A stretch of DNA of 64,000 bases from Oikopleura dioica (lineage: Eukaryota > Animalia > Chordata). A program made the position numbers and the translations under genes. Positions 26,529 through 39,031 of this stretch are shown here, piece after piece (the stretch's first letter is position 1; every line of letters begins with the position of its first letter). Location: NCBI GenBank assembly GCA_907165135.1, contig OU015566.1, positions 434,001 through 498,000 on the forward strand. The letters are read 5' to 3'. The notes under the pieces were generated by a model that saw only the letters and a program-made list of their open reading frames with translations, had not been told where the DNA came from and ran no database searches.

Positions 26529-28681
26529 CTAAATTTCCTTTTATTTTTTTTTAAATAAATTGAGGAAAAATGTCGGGCACACTCTATGATTCTTGAATAA
26601 CCCTCGATTTGCCGGGATTTTCCCCTCATCTTCGGTCCGCTGGGACTTTTGGCGCAAATTCCGGCGAACCGAGGACAAGAATTTCAAAGTCTCTAGTAAA
26701 AGTGAAACTGTTTGGGAATATTTTGATAACTAATGCCTGGCCCTTCACAAAGAACGAGAAAGACATAAAATGAAGAAATTTTTAAAATATATTTTTATGT
26801 TAAGGAGCACAGGTTTCCGGGGTGGGGAGTAAATTGAGAGGTCCCAATTTGCTCCAAATTTTTAAATTTATTTAAAAATCAATAGTTTAAAGTCAAGAAT
26901 CTAGTCTGCTAACCAAAAAATGAGAAACGGTTACTTTTAACTTTTCTTCTGAGAAGAGACGTTTTTTCGGCTCAATATTTTTATAAACGTCTCTTCATAA
27001 ATTTCATATAAATAAATTGCCAAAATAACATCTAGTTTGACTTTATTTATTTCAGCAAAAGGTATTTTTCTCAGAACATGAGCATCATTATTAATAAGGA
27101 TACCGTGTCAGTGCAGATTTATATTAGAAAAGACTTTTTTTGATTCGATAATTTTTTAAATGTTCCTTCTCTTAATATAAATAAAAGGGAAAAAAATCAC
27201 CTTTTTTTTCAACTGTTCAAAGAGTCAACCCTTGGCTGCGCAGGGCGGCATTATTCAGTATCCCCTAATTTTTAGGCTGATGATTAAACTTGCTTTGCTT
27301 AGCTTCAAACCCAATTTTAGAGAATATATCAACGCCCCTCAAGTCAAGCGGCCCTGTTACAATTTTATTTTCTATCTTACGTGGAGCATTTTGTTGAACA
27401 TTCAGAATCATTTTCGACTCTTTCCTGCTTTTTGTAAACTGGAGAAAAAACTATAATTCATCAATAAGTAAATACCAAAATGGAACATTCTAGAAAAAAG
27501 ACATAATTGTGTTATTGTAAAAGTTCAAATAATTGCCATTTATTTGCGAAATGATTGACCTCTTATAGTATAAGACTTATACTTTATTGATATTCTATGG
27601 GTTAAATGAGCAGACAAATCAGAAAATAAATAATCGTGTGTAATTGATAAACTAAATCTTTTGAAAGAATATCCTGCAGATAATAACGGTTGTAAATTAA
27701 CAACCTTCTGAAAAGGTCCTTGGCGCGGTTATGTTAAACAAAACTATTTTGATTTTTTCTAGAAAATAATAATAATTACAAAAATTCATAAACAATGAAT
27801 TAGTTAAAAATAAGACATGAGTTCGAAATCTCTGGGCAATTATTTCTAAATTTCCTGTCGTCCAACCCACAGCTTGAATTTTCCAAGGGCTAAGGAAGAA
27901 GCTGGTCTTTATGGCACTATTGAGAAAAGCGTCTTTTCTGGCACTGAAATTTGATTTTGTGAATTTTCAAAGCCCCGCTATATTATAATGACATGAGTTT
28001 TGCCATGCGAAATGTACTGGACTCTATGTGACTGTAGCATATTTATTACACAGTGGGTAAAACACTGGGCTTTGCTTGAGTGTGTGTTTTGTAGAGAAAC
28101 TATTGCATGAGTGAGTGATCCTTGCGGATCGTGCACAGAAAGGGCGAGGTAAAACAGCTGATAGGAAGTGAGAACAGTTGATTCTCGGCGGAAACGGCCG
28201 TATCTATCTAAGCTCAACGGGATACCGTATAAGGTTTCGGGAAACCTTACGTTTCATGTCTCATACGTAGTCATGGGTGAATACACATGAATGCGACGCG
28301 GTATTCCTTGTACCACCGGTTTCACAGGTGAAACCGGTTGATTGATTACTTCTACACTGCGCCACCTAACAATTATCACCCTATAAAACTGGAACTGTTC
28401 TCAACTAAACACGCACACTTTACGCACATTCAATAAACGGTCACTTAGACTTGGACATGTAGTCCTTTTTGTACGCAGGCAGCGTTGGCCAGTCCCGGAA
28501 CCTTTTAACCGATTGAGGACTTTATGTCACTCACATCAATAAAAGCCAAAATTTTACCACGAACGAAGCATATCCAAAAATTTTGAATTCTGATTGTCAG
28601 TCTCTCAGAGTCTGCTATTAACATTTAAAAATTTCGAACTCTACCGGTGCCGATTTGGGCAGCGGATTTCAGTTATCCTGT

Positions 28682-29632
28682 ATGTCTGCCCTCTTTAGTA
28701 ATCTTTATTCTGGTGTTGTCTCGTGGAAGAATAAAACGTTCCGCCAGGTTTTTGAGCGATTCGAGCAAGTGCGATACTCGGCTCTTCGCCTAAAACAGAT
28801 TGCAAACAATACGATCGTCTTGCCTTCCCGTTCAGATGTTGAGTCAGATTTCAATGACTGCGGCGAAAAAATTTTGGACTTCAACAAATCATCGTCAAAG
28901 AAAAAAATTGTCTCGGAGTGTTCGCTAGCTATTTATGACTGTATTCGAATGAATGATTATCCATGTGATGTATTTACTGTTGAAACGTATGATGGGTTCT
29001 TGGTCGAAATTAATCGCCTCAGAAATGTGGGAAAACCAGCAGTGCTTCTTCAACATGGGATTCTTGGAGATTCGGGTCATTGGGTTTCTGCCGGACCAGA
29101 ACATGGGCTCGGTAAGTTGCAAAATTGGATGATATTCGACTGCAAATAATCTCCCTAAGGGCATAAAAATGTGAACATAAGGGGATGGTGGTCGAGAATG
29201 AGACCCGGTTTTTCTAAAAAATTCAATATTTTCTTTTGTCGAGCCGTTTTCTCTTTACAAATAAATAGAAAATGGTTCGTGAAGCCTGTTTCAACGATAA
29301 AATTGGCTCTCGCTCAGTTTTAACCCATAATTCTGACAACAGAATATAAAAGTAGATAAAAAAATCCGCAAAATTCATTTTCTGGGGGTATTTTGAGTGA
29401 TTTCTTCTCGAATTTTTAAGGGAAAATATTTTCTAAACTCCACGCTTTTACGTCGACTTAACCATTATCTCTTCGAAAACTAAAGGAGAAATTCCGTTAC
29501 TCAGGTGGTTTTGGCTCAATCTTGGTCAAAATGTACATTATTCTCGACCACAACCCCCTTAAGGATTTTCCAGAAAATTAAAAACTCTACTGTGTATTTC
29601 AGCGTACCTACTTTTCAAAGAAGGCTACGATG
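28682..29632 (+). pseudogene. Acid lipase (LIPA/LIPF family) 5' fragment, truncated
   Basis: Exon 28682-29111 (YPCDVFTVETYDGFLVEINRLRNVGKPAVLLQHGILGDSGHWVSAGPEHGL) and exon 29603-29632 (AYLLFKEGYD) match the N-terminal region of acid lipases. The expected VWLGN..RGN and GHSQG motifs are absent; the frame runs into a MITE. Confidence 0.8.
29181..29558. mobile_element. MITE with GGGG..TGGTCGAGAAT termini (in lipase intron)
   Basis: ggggatggtggtcgagaat ... attctcgaccacaaccccc|TTAA; related ends at about 37770-38125, 21065 and 20147. Confidence 0.75.
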
Positions 29633-29637
29633 ATGAA

Positions 29638-30163
29638 CCCCTGCCCGCATGAAAAATTTGTCACCCCTGCCCGCATATCGACCTACGCGTAGGTCGGGCC
29701 TTTTGAGGGTCTTTCAATCGTGATAAAATTTTCGAAAGGATATGAATGGAAAGATTAAAGGCTGAGCTATCTCCTGGACATAATCAAATTTCAAATGTCA
29801 AATGTTAAATGTGAACAAATGCCGTTTTTCCAAAAGTATAATTGGGGTGGTGTCTGGAATCGACAAAAAAATTCCGACAAAAATTTTCAAAAAAAAGACA
29901 CTTCAGAAAAAATACTCTTAAAATTTTTTGAGAAAATTTTTTTCTGAAAACTATGCAGAAATGGCTTTTTCAGGCCATAATGGACATTTCTAGGCAATTT
30001 CGAGAAATTTTTGTAAGCGCACCAGATAATGGTGGGCGATTGAAATTGACATGAAAAAATTGAAAATTTTTGTCGGGATTATATTGTCGATTCCAGACAC
30101 CTCCCCGTATAATTGCGTTTAAAAGCCAATTTACCTACGCGTAGGTCGATATGCGGGCAGGGG
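29638..30163. mobile_element. piggyBac-like MITE (CCCCTG...CAGGGG|TTAA)
   Basis: TIR cccctgcccgcatatcgacctacgcgtagg / cctacgcgtaggtcgatatgcgggcagggg; right flank is TTAA, left flank TGAA, and the left terminus is duplicated. Confidence 0.75.
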
Positions 30164-30385
30164 TTAAGCATATTTATTTTGCATTATAAACTTTACAATA
30201 ACATTTATAATACAAAGTTAAACAAAGTATACAAAGCCTTTTCCCACGCCGTTGGAACCTTGATTTCTCATTTTTTTAATCCCATTGCGGTTCAAATAGT
30301 TTTGATTGAAGAATCAAAATTTTTAATATTCGAAATTTATAAAAATATTCTCTGGCATTGTTGAAAAATCATAAATGTTTTTAAG

Positions 30386-30825
30386 CTCACCATCAAACTA
30401 TTGATATTATGAGTGCAATCAAAAAATTACTTCTGCTTCTTCTGGCATCACATTCGAGATTGAAAAACTTGACGCCGATTTTTGTGCTGAGGATCTTGTA
30501 TTCAAAGATGAAAATGAAGATGAATATGCCTTTTCTGGAAATATCACAGAGGTAATATTACTTAAACAGTCTCGTTATCGTTTCTGTATGGGCTAACGGC
30601 TTTATTAAATTCTCAGGAATTATTTTTTATTTTTAATTTTAGGTTGCCCGCTTTTCGTTTTCTTCTCCTTTCGTCTGTATTCATTATCGAGGCAATACAA
30701 CTTCAAATATACGCTTTTTGATATCGATCGAAGCGGGATTCGAGCAAAGAAACAACATAAGCGTCATTCATCCTCTCGTCATGTCGAAGACCCTTTCAAG
30801 ATACGCAAAAGCAAGAAATGAATAA
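30386..30825 (+). pseudogene. CUB-domain paralog, last two exons only, with in-frame TGA (cluster gene 5)
   Basis: Exon 30386-30551 (SPSNY*YYECNQKITSASSGITFEIEKL...EYAFSGNITE; TGA at 30402-30404) and exon 30643-30825 (VARFSFSSPFVCIHY...*) have the same phases as exons 4-5 of gene 3. No upstream exons were found. Confidence 0.75.
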
Positions 30826-31919
30826 AAATAAAAGAGGTTGAATACTCACGTGGGCCATTGACCATCCATCATTTCTTTTGTTTGGAATTTTGAAAAAGTT
30901 TGCGACTGTCACTGCTTGTTATTGCCAAATTGGTAAATACACTTTAGCAGTTGGAGAAGAAACTGAAGGGCTGAAAATTCTCTTTATATTATAGAAGTTT
31001 ATATTAAATGAGCAAAATTAAAATCAAACTAGATCAACAACTACCTTTTATTTAGTTTACTCTTAAAATAAACATTTTTACAAAATCGATTGATTCTTTT
31101 GAGAATACGAACGAGAGTTAAAATTCAGATAAAAATTTGATCTTTCTTTTTTTTTCAATTTCATTCAAATTTTAAGTGTTTAGTATATAGACTATTTAAT
31201 ACAGTATAAAGACAAAATTTTCTGTTTATTTTAGATTTCTTGGGTAGTAAAGAATACGAGGAGATAATTTTATTCACAAAATTTTTTCGGTGCATAAGAA
31301 ATTTTGACAAAAAAAAATGGCATCAAAAATTCAAAATTTGCAGACTTTTTCTTATGAAAACCTTTGTTTTTCTCTTTTATTCTAATTAAAATTAAGGGTA
31401 TAAACTAAGGGTAAGCGAGTATTTAACCTTTTCATTTTATTTACGCTGTAATGTTAAAGTTGCCCTGAGATATAATCTCTCATTTTCTCAAATGATTATA
31501 CCACTTTCGTTAATGTCTCTTTTCAATGTCTTATTTTCAAAAAGAAAAATCATTTGCTTTTCGAATCGTATATTCTCAACTTACAGTGATCTTGAACTCT
31601 TTTCATTCCACCCCAAAGTTGAGCTAGAAGTAAAACTTTAGAAACAAATTAATATCTTTTGAAGTGGCAGTAGGTCGGCAACTGCAAGTTACTGCCAGCC
31701 CTTGAAAAATGTAACTGCAACTGCCAACTTGGCAGTGCCAAGTAACTGCCGACATTGGCAGCTGCTAGTGGCAGTCGTGGACAAATTTCGAACTCTCTTA
31801 TCAGCGATTTAAAATGGGCGCTGCTTCGCTACAAATGCATGAGAATAGCGAATTTCGCTTCGCTACTTGTGTGTCGTATATGACACACGGATGCATTGAA
31901 ATTGTGTCATTCACTACCT

Positions 31920-32280
31920 ACGGTAGTAAAGGTAGTAAGAGAAAAAAGTTTCGGTAAAACTACAGAAATATTGTGAGCTTATTTTCTGATTAATATTTCG
32001 GTAATAGCCGAAACTTTCTTTCATTTTTACCCCCTTTTTGAGCAAAAATATTTCGGCAGGCTACCGAAATCTTTCTCACTTTTAACTTAAAAGTTTTAAG
32101 TCCTTATCAAGCAAAAACATTTCGGCAAAAAAAGCGTTGACGATCATATAATCTCATCGATTCTTTTGCAAGAAAATTATTATATCTAATTGCCGCTACC
32201 TCGGGGCTCCGCCCCTTCGGGCCTAAGATGCCGGGGTCTAGTCTAGGGTTACTAGGGTTACGTAGTATAGTCTATACTGT
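31920..32280 (+). repeat. Dispersed repeat; inverted copy at about 33320-33925 carries an extra insertion
   Basis: Shared gtttcggtaaaactacagaaatattgtgag...aattgccgctacctcggggctccgcccc sequence in opposite orientation. Confidence 0.75.
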
Positions 32281-33602
32281 ATAGAAAAATGTTTCGGTAA
32301 AAGCGACCGAAATATAAATCATTTTCAAGGGGTCAGATGTGATAAATATTTCGGCAGGCAGCCGAATGAATCTTACAAATAAGACACGTTTTTAGGAAAA
32401 AATATTTCGGTACGAGCCGAAATAAAAATCAGAAATTGATGTCTTTTGAGCAATAAAGTTTCGGCAGTTTTCTCCATTCTCATCCTGATAAGCCCTAGTA
32501 TGTGCATTGAATGAGTTTGGCTTCTGATGAGTTTTCACCTCAAAAATCTCGAGTAATTTTCTGTTCTCATATCAGAAGGAGATCATTTCTCGGGCTTTAT
32601 TTTGGAAAAATGGTGGAACCCAATGATTAAAAATTAAAACCGTCGTATTTGCTTAACGCGCGAGCGCACAAAATTTTTTCCCCGGTGAGCGCACGGCGCC
32701 CCGAACTCGGGGCAACCCCCTTTTTCTGTTCTAGCGCAAAATCAGTCCAATCTTAAATCAAAATAAGTCTTTGGCAAGTATTCTTAAACACTTTTAATTA
32801 TTTTTTAAAGTGAAAAAAGAATAATATAAATAGAAAATCCGACTTGAATCCGATAATAACTGATGACATCAGTCTGATGTTTCAATTTTAAGAGTTTTAC
32901 GAATGAAAAATCGGAAAGATATAAAAACTCTTTTGTTTCTTCGGTAAAAATTCGGGTTATTGCTAAGATAACAGTTTGGGCAAGTTTTTTTATGAAAATA
33001 ACAAAATTTCAAAATAATTTTATGTATTTTTGCCCAAAGTTGCCTTTTCTTATCAATACCAAAATCAAAAATTTTCAGAAAAAAAGTTTTTTTCGACGTC
33101 AAAACTGTTTTTCTCGTAAAATTTTAGCCCCAAAAAGATGGGGTCTCGAAAAATTTTGTCCACAAAAAATTGGAGAAAATTGAGGATAAAGGGGCTCCGC
33201 CCCGAGTTCGGGGCCCCGTGCGCTCACGCGTTGAATAAAAAATAGGGTGAGGGGGCACCAGCAAAAATGACGGAACAAACTTACCCGAGGGGGATAGGCT
33301 AGGGTTAGTTAGGATTACTGAAGGTCACCCTAAGTAACCCTAGACTAGACCCCGGCATCTTAGGCCCATGGGGCGGAGCCCCGAGGTAGCGGCAATTAGA
33401 TATCATAATTTTCTTCCAAAAGAATCGATGAGATTATATGATCGTCAACGCTTTTTTTGCCGAAAAGTTTTTGCTTGATAAGGACTAAAAAGTGAGGAAG
33501 ATTTCGGAAGCCTGCCGAAATATTTTTGCTCAAAAAGGGGGAAAAATGAAAGAAAGTTTCGGCTGTTACCGAAATATTAATCAGAAAATAATCACAATAT
33601 TT

Positions 33603-33866
33603 TGTTTGGTATTTTATTTGTAGTAAAGCTTTCGGTAGCAAGCTACCATCATCAGTACTAAAAAAGTTGTAAAATATTGGAACGAAGAAGTCTTTTCACC
33701 TTTGAGAGGCTTTTAAGGCACACTAAAGTTTCGAAAGAGAAAATTGGAGATAGTTGAATTTGGTCTAGAAAAAACTATAACCGACTCTGTTCTAAGCTCT
33801 ATTTTAAGCTTAACTACAAATAAAATACCAAACAAAATATCTTATGATGTCAAACAACCAGAGAAC
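33603..33866 (-). mobile_element. Non-coding Penelope-like mini-element with hammerhead ribozyme and inverted tail
   Basis: 264-nt insertion absent from the sister repeat copy, flanked by an 11-nt direct repeat TCACAATATTT (33592-33602 and 33867-33877). It carries a hammerhead, AATAAA, and a 35-nt inverted repeat (33597-33631 / 33806-33840). Confidence 0.7.
33621..33660 (-). ncRNA. Minimal type I hammerhead ribozyme
   Basis: Minus strand UAGUA-CUGAUGA-U-GGUAGC(UU)GCUACC-GAAA-GC-UU^UACUA: 5-bp stem I, 6-bp stem II, intact core, palindromic AGCU stem III, followed by AATAAA at 33618-33613. Confidence 0.85.
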
Positions 33867-34554
33867 TCACAATATTTCTGTAGTTTTACCGAAACATTTT
33901 TCCTTACTACCTTAACTACACATTGTCGTAAGTAGGACTTTTTTTCCGCCGGAGGAGAAATGTTATTTTTGGGTTGTGGGTCGGGTTTAGGTATCTGCCT
34001 GGGACTAAGTTCGAGCTCATCCTGATTGGGCTCGAGCTTGTATCAGAATTCGAAATTTATTGGCAGTACTGCCACGACTGCCACAGGCAGCTGCCAATTT
34101 CGGCAGTCACATGGCAGTGGCAGTTACATTTTTCAAGGGCTGGCAGTACCTGGCAGCTGCCAACCTACTGCCACCTCGAAAGATATTATTAATATCATAT
34201 TAATTTCGGTGTTTCCTACCTGAGTTTTCTTCAACTCAAGCGCACACTCTTTTAAAGATTTCACTTCGAATTTAGTTCAACGTTACAAACTTTTGTGAAG
34301 ACTTAACAAAAATTTTTGCAAAGTCGCCGCCCAACACCCTCACAAAGATGCTCTAAATGCGGGGGTTTGAGTCTGGAGAGGGCCATTTTCGGCATTATTG
34401 CCATTTTTGGTCTTCAGACCCGCCTTCAATAAATTACCCTAACTCTCCATCATAAATAGAAAAAAAAATCTCCGAAAATTTCCGCTTGGTGGGGGGGTCG
34501 ACTAAAAATTTTTCTGCGACCACTCTCTCATTATTTGTCTAAGAAAATATTTCG

Positions 34555-34675
34555 TAGCGAGTTTCCTTACACCGACCAAATCCTTACACCGACCAAAATC
34601 CTTACACCGACCATTTTCAGAATTTGGTCTGTGTAAGGAATTGGTCGGTGTAAGGATATGGTCGGTGTAAGGAAA
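34555..34675. repeat. Inverted arrays of CCTTACACCGACCA repeats
   Basis: Three ccttacaccgacca units followed by three (t)ggtcggtgtaagga-type units. Confidence 0.7.
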
Positions 34676-34803
34676 TACCATTAATTTCTTTCTAAAGTTC
34701 TCTAGAACCACAAAAAACAACGCTTATGATCCAAATTCTCTCCCGAGACCTATATTATTCAATCTTTTGAATCAAAAAAGACATTTATATCTCAGATATG
34801 GTA

Positions 34804-35240
34804 GACGACGGGTTTCATTCTTTATAAAGAATCATTCTTTAGAAAAAGAATCATTCTTTGAAAATAAAGAATCATTCTTTTTCGGGTGGCTCCAAAAAGA
34901 ATGATTCTTTTTTGTTTTGATAAATGCTGCTCTAGAAAATACTTGTTGAAGACTTAGTGTGAGCTTCCTCTTCAATTTTTCTGCAGATTCTAACGGAAAT
35001 CACAGAAACCAGAAGCTATTGAGCGCTTCGCGCCTGTTTTTAAAGGAATCTTGAGAAAGTTTAGATTATATGATCGAAAAAAATTATCACTGTGGCAATA
35101 TTTTCGTAAAAAATAATTAGAAACAATTTTTTCTAGAATATCGGAAAAAGAATGAAGCCCGTTTTTTCGCCGGGAAATAAACGGCTTTCATTCTTTGCGA
35201 AAAAGAATCATTCTTTATAAAGAATGAAACCCGTCGTCAG
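34804..35240. mobile_element. Foldback element with internal AAGAATCATTCTTT repeats
   Basis: gacgacgggtttcattctttataaagaatcattc ... gaatcattctttataaagaatgaaacccgtcgtc. Confidence 0.75.
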
Positions 35241-35552
35241 CCCTCAGATATCGTCTCTTTTATATGTTTAACTTGTCGAGAAGACTGTTTTTAACTTAGT
35301 TTGACTTTAAAAATTTTTAAAAAAAGAATCGAAATGGGCAGTTTTTGGCAGTCGACTGGCAGCTGCCAGTGGCAGCTGCCGATTTTGGCAGCCATTTGGC
35401 AGTGACAGTTGCAATTTAAAAAAAACTGGCAGTCGCTTGGCAGTGGCAGTCGCCTTTTTTACTAATCGCAAATATTATATCATTTATCATCGTCAGATTT
35501 ATTAAGAATCAAATTTTTGGCCGATTAATATTGTTTTGATACAGATCGAAAT

Positions 35553-38500
35553 TTAATGGAGCTTTTTCTCAATAGCACGAGCTGTTTCGAGAGCTTTGCT
35601 GGTCATTCGAGGAAGGTCGGTCATCGGTGCATCTCCAGCGTATAAAAAGAGCACGATTACGCCCATTACATTGCCAGTTTTGAGTTCGAGCTCGACAGTT
35701 TCTCCGGCAGCGCCAAGCTCGATGTTTGTGAATGGTTCATCGACTTCCATCGTACCACATTTCTTTGCCCCATTGACGGATAAGTAATTTGTTGTGCAAG
35801 AAGCCATATCGGTTGTAAAATCTTTTAATGGATGATATAATTAACAGTCTGATATCATTTTAAAGCAATCAGGAGACGTCACAAACAGAGCGACATCATA
35901 AACGGCGGAAATTTCTTCCAAAACGGGGAAATTTCTTAAAAAAAATGAGTCTATCTATCAAATTCGGCGCGGGTCGCATATAACAATAAGAAGATATGTG
36001 CTTTGCGCCAGATTTGATAGAATTATCAGAGATCGAAATACTGGTCTCAAATAAACGATATATCAAATATTAATGTCTCTTTTGATAAAAAAAATATCCG
36101 TCTGTTTGTTCTGTCTCCCAATCGCTTCCTAGGATCCCTAGGTCATCTTGTTTCTCCTTCCCTTAGTTTTTTTGCGCATCATAAGAAATAAAAATTGAAT
36201 CAGAATTCGTTATAAAATTGAATTGAATAAAAACATGAAAAATTTTGGGCGGGCGGGCAAAAATAGCCTTTTTGAACGGCGTTCGCAATTAACGAACTGT
36301 GTTTGGAAAATCGAAGAAATCTCGATCGAAAATCGAGTTCTTCTATTTTCAAAATGCGTCCTGGCAACCCAATGAGTTCTCTATCAGAAAATGCGCGATC
36401 ACAAAGAAAATCCTCACGACACAATTTTATTTCCTTGCAAAGTTTGCAAACGGCGTACGCAAAATTTCGAACGTGGCCGCCCTACACCCGCAAAATTTTA
36501 CCGCCACCGAATTTTACATAATTTAAATATATTTTGGTTATATCATCTGTTCCTGTAATCGTTTCAGTTTCGCCGAATAATTCTTCTGTCAGTATTATGC
36601 TACCCGCTCCAAGATAGATTTTGTCCTCACTTTTTTTGGGTGTAAGAGAGATGTAACAATCACTCGCAGGCACAATAATATCGTCAAGAGAATATTCGTG
36701 TGTATCCGGATGTTTAAAGTTGCCCTCGCTGTCAAAGTAATTTGGAGAACTAAAAATAAAGATAAGCGAGAAAATATAGGGAGTTTGAGAGGGGAGTCGT
36801 CAATATTGATTTTCAGCGATGATCATGATTACGCTTATGTCGAGTTTTTATAATATATAAAGCATCATTAATAATGATAATGACATATTATAATCGGTTT
36901 AATAATGAAGCCTTTTTATAATACTATTGACATAAGGGGTCAATGAAAAATGGGTTCGGAAATCTTAATAAAGGGGGCGAGGGTGGGTTTTTGGTGGGTT
37001 TTTAGTGGGTTTTTATAAGTTGGGATGGGTGCCACCTCGATTCTTCAAGATGGGTTTTTCTATGGGTTTTAAGTGGGTATTTAGTGGGTTTTAATGGGTT
37101 TTAAGCGGGTCTTTGATGGCTTTAGACAACTTCGGCCCACCGATTACAAGGGAAAGTGTCAAACTGCGATTCTTCGTTCGCGACAAACTTTTCCCGAAAA
37201 TAATACTGGTTACTGATTGGCCGGTAGGCCGAATACAGGCCTCTGATTGGCATATTTTTCCCATGGATTTTCCATGAAAGTTTGTCGCGAACGAAAAATC
37301 GCAGTTTGACATTCGCCCGATTACAACATTCCTTAGGGAAAAATAAGCAAAAAGAGAAGCGTTCGAGAGACATTCAAATGCTCATCCTTTTTGGCCGAAA
37401 TCCCGGCGAACCGAGGATGAGGGGGAAATCCCAGCGAATTGAGGGTCATCCTCTCCTTTGATTTTTAATAAATTTTTGATTAAAAGTGGCCATTTTTATG
37501 ATGACAGAATTACGGAAAATCGGAAAAAGTGGCATTGGTATACCTGAATAACATTGAAACAAGTCTGGTTTGACTTTAAAAATTAAAAAAAAAGTCACTC
37601 TAGAAACCCCCTTAGAAACCTATTAAAAACCCACCTTTAACCCATTTAAAACCCACTAAATGCCCATTCAAGAGAAACCCACCTAAAACCCACTTTATGA
37701 AAAACCCATCCCCACCTCAAAATATTTAGGTGGGTTTCCGACCCCAGGGGGTCATCACGTATACTGAAGGGGGTGGTGGTCGAGAATATGGGCTTATTTT
37801 GAACAAGATTGAGCCAAAACCAACTTAGATACGATATTGATTCTTTTGTTTTCGAAGAGATAAAGGTTAAGCGGATGTAAAAGCGTGAGGTTAAGAAAAG
37901 ATTTTTTTTCAAAAATTCGAGAAAAAGTCGCTCAAAGTAACCCCCAAAAGTGAATTTTGTGGATTTTTGTCTCATCTTATACATTCTTTTGCCAAAATAA
38001 TGGGTTGAAACTGAATGAGAGCCAGTTTAATTTACTAGCTCAGGCTTTACTAACCATTTTCTATTCATTCCTGAAGATAAAACTGCTCGACAAAAGGAAG
38101 AATTGAATTTTTTTGAAAAATCGGGTCTCATTCTCGACCACCACTTCCTAACGTCATTAAGGTAAACCGGAACAGAATTCGAAATCTTTGGGGCCAAAAT
38201 TGTGAGCTCCCAAAGGGCCAGGTTACCATTTCGACTCAAAAATTTGTGGTCACTTTATCTATTCAGAAAAGACTATTTTTCAATACAGCGAGAACTCAAA
38301 TAACGGAAACTCGGTACAAAAAACTGATCAAATGAATTTCGAGCTCATAACAGATTCAAAATGTGGCCGATTTTCGAAAAAAGCGGCGGAATTTCGAAGC
38401 AGGGAAATTTGAGTTTTCACTGTATTTCACTGAAAAAAGAAGGTTAAAAAATGTGCGGTTCGCGACCCTTTAATTTAAGGACAAATGCTTCTGTATCTTG

Positions 38501-39031
38501 ATTGACATACTAGAATCCGACAAATCCGTCGATGCTGAGGTCATCGTCATCAGCCCAAACTTCGTCTCCGACAAGGAAATGAGCGCTGCCACCTGCCTGA
38601 CAAAGGTTGTTATGTGGCTTATTAAAGTTAAAGATTGAGTCAAGAGAAAAATAGAAACCCATCTGAAATTTACTGGATTATGTCTCCTTTTAAAAATTTG
38701 ACGAAAATGGCAAGTTCAGCTTGTGGTTGCTTCAAAATTTTTTTGATTTAAATTAATTTATCAAATTAAATGTCAATCAAATTTTGTCAACTTAAATCCC
38801 TAAAAAATTGAAATAACCAAAAAATATTTGTATTAGACATAGTCATTAGATATTCTCAGCCAGATTTGACCTCTTTAATAAAAAAATTTTAACTATATAA
38901 TTACTTATATACTTTTCAAATTTCTTTTAACTTTTTTCCTGAGTCACCGGTTTCGGGGCCATCAGAAAATATAATGCAGCACCAATAAGAAGGACAGCAA
39001 CGATGACGGGACCGACCAGTTTACTCGACAT
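35553..39031 (-). CDS. Signal-anchored CUB-like protein (cluster gene 6, complete model)
   Basis: Exons 39031-38948 (MSSKLVGPVIVAVLLIGAALYFLMAPKP), 38617-38511, 36749-36502 (YSPNYFDSEG...DCYISLTP), 35821-35553 (DFTTDMASCTTNYLSVNGAKKCG...H*). All junctions are GT-AG and in phase. Confidence 0.85.

Noticed and set aside
30845-30975. AG/GTGAGT-bounded minus-strand exon candidate
   Set aside because: All three frames contain stops.
34375-34420. Hammerhead-like CTGAAGA...GGCA-ATAA-TGCC-GAAA on the minus strand
   Set aside because: Eight unpaired bases separate the core from stem II, and no stem I or III forms.
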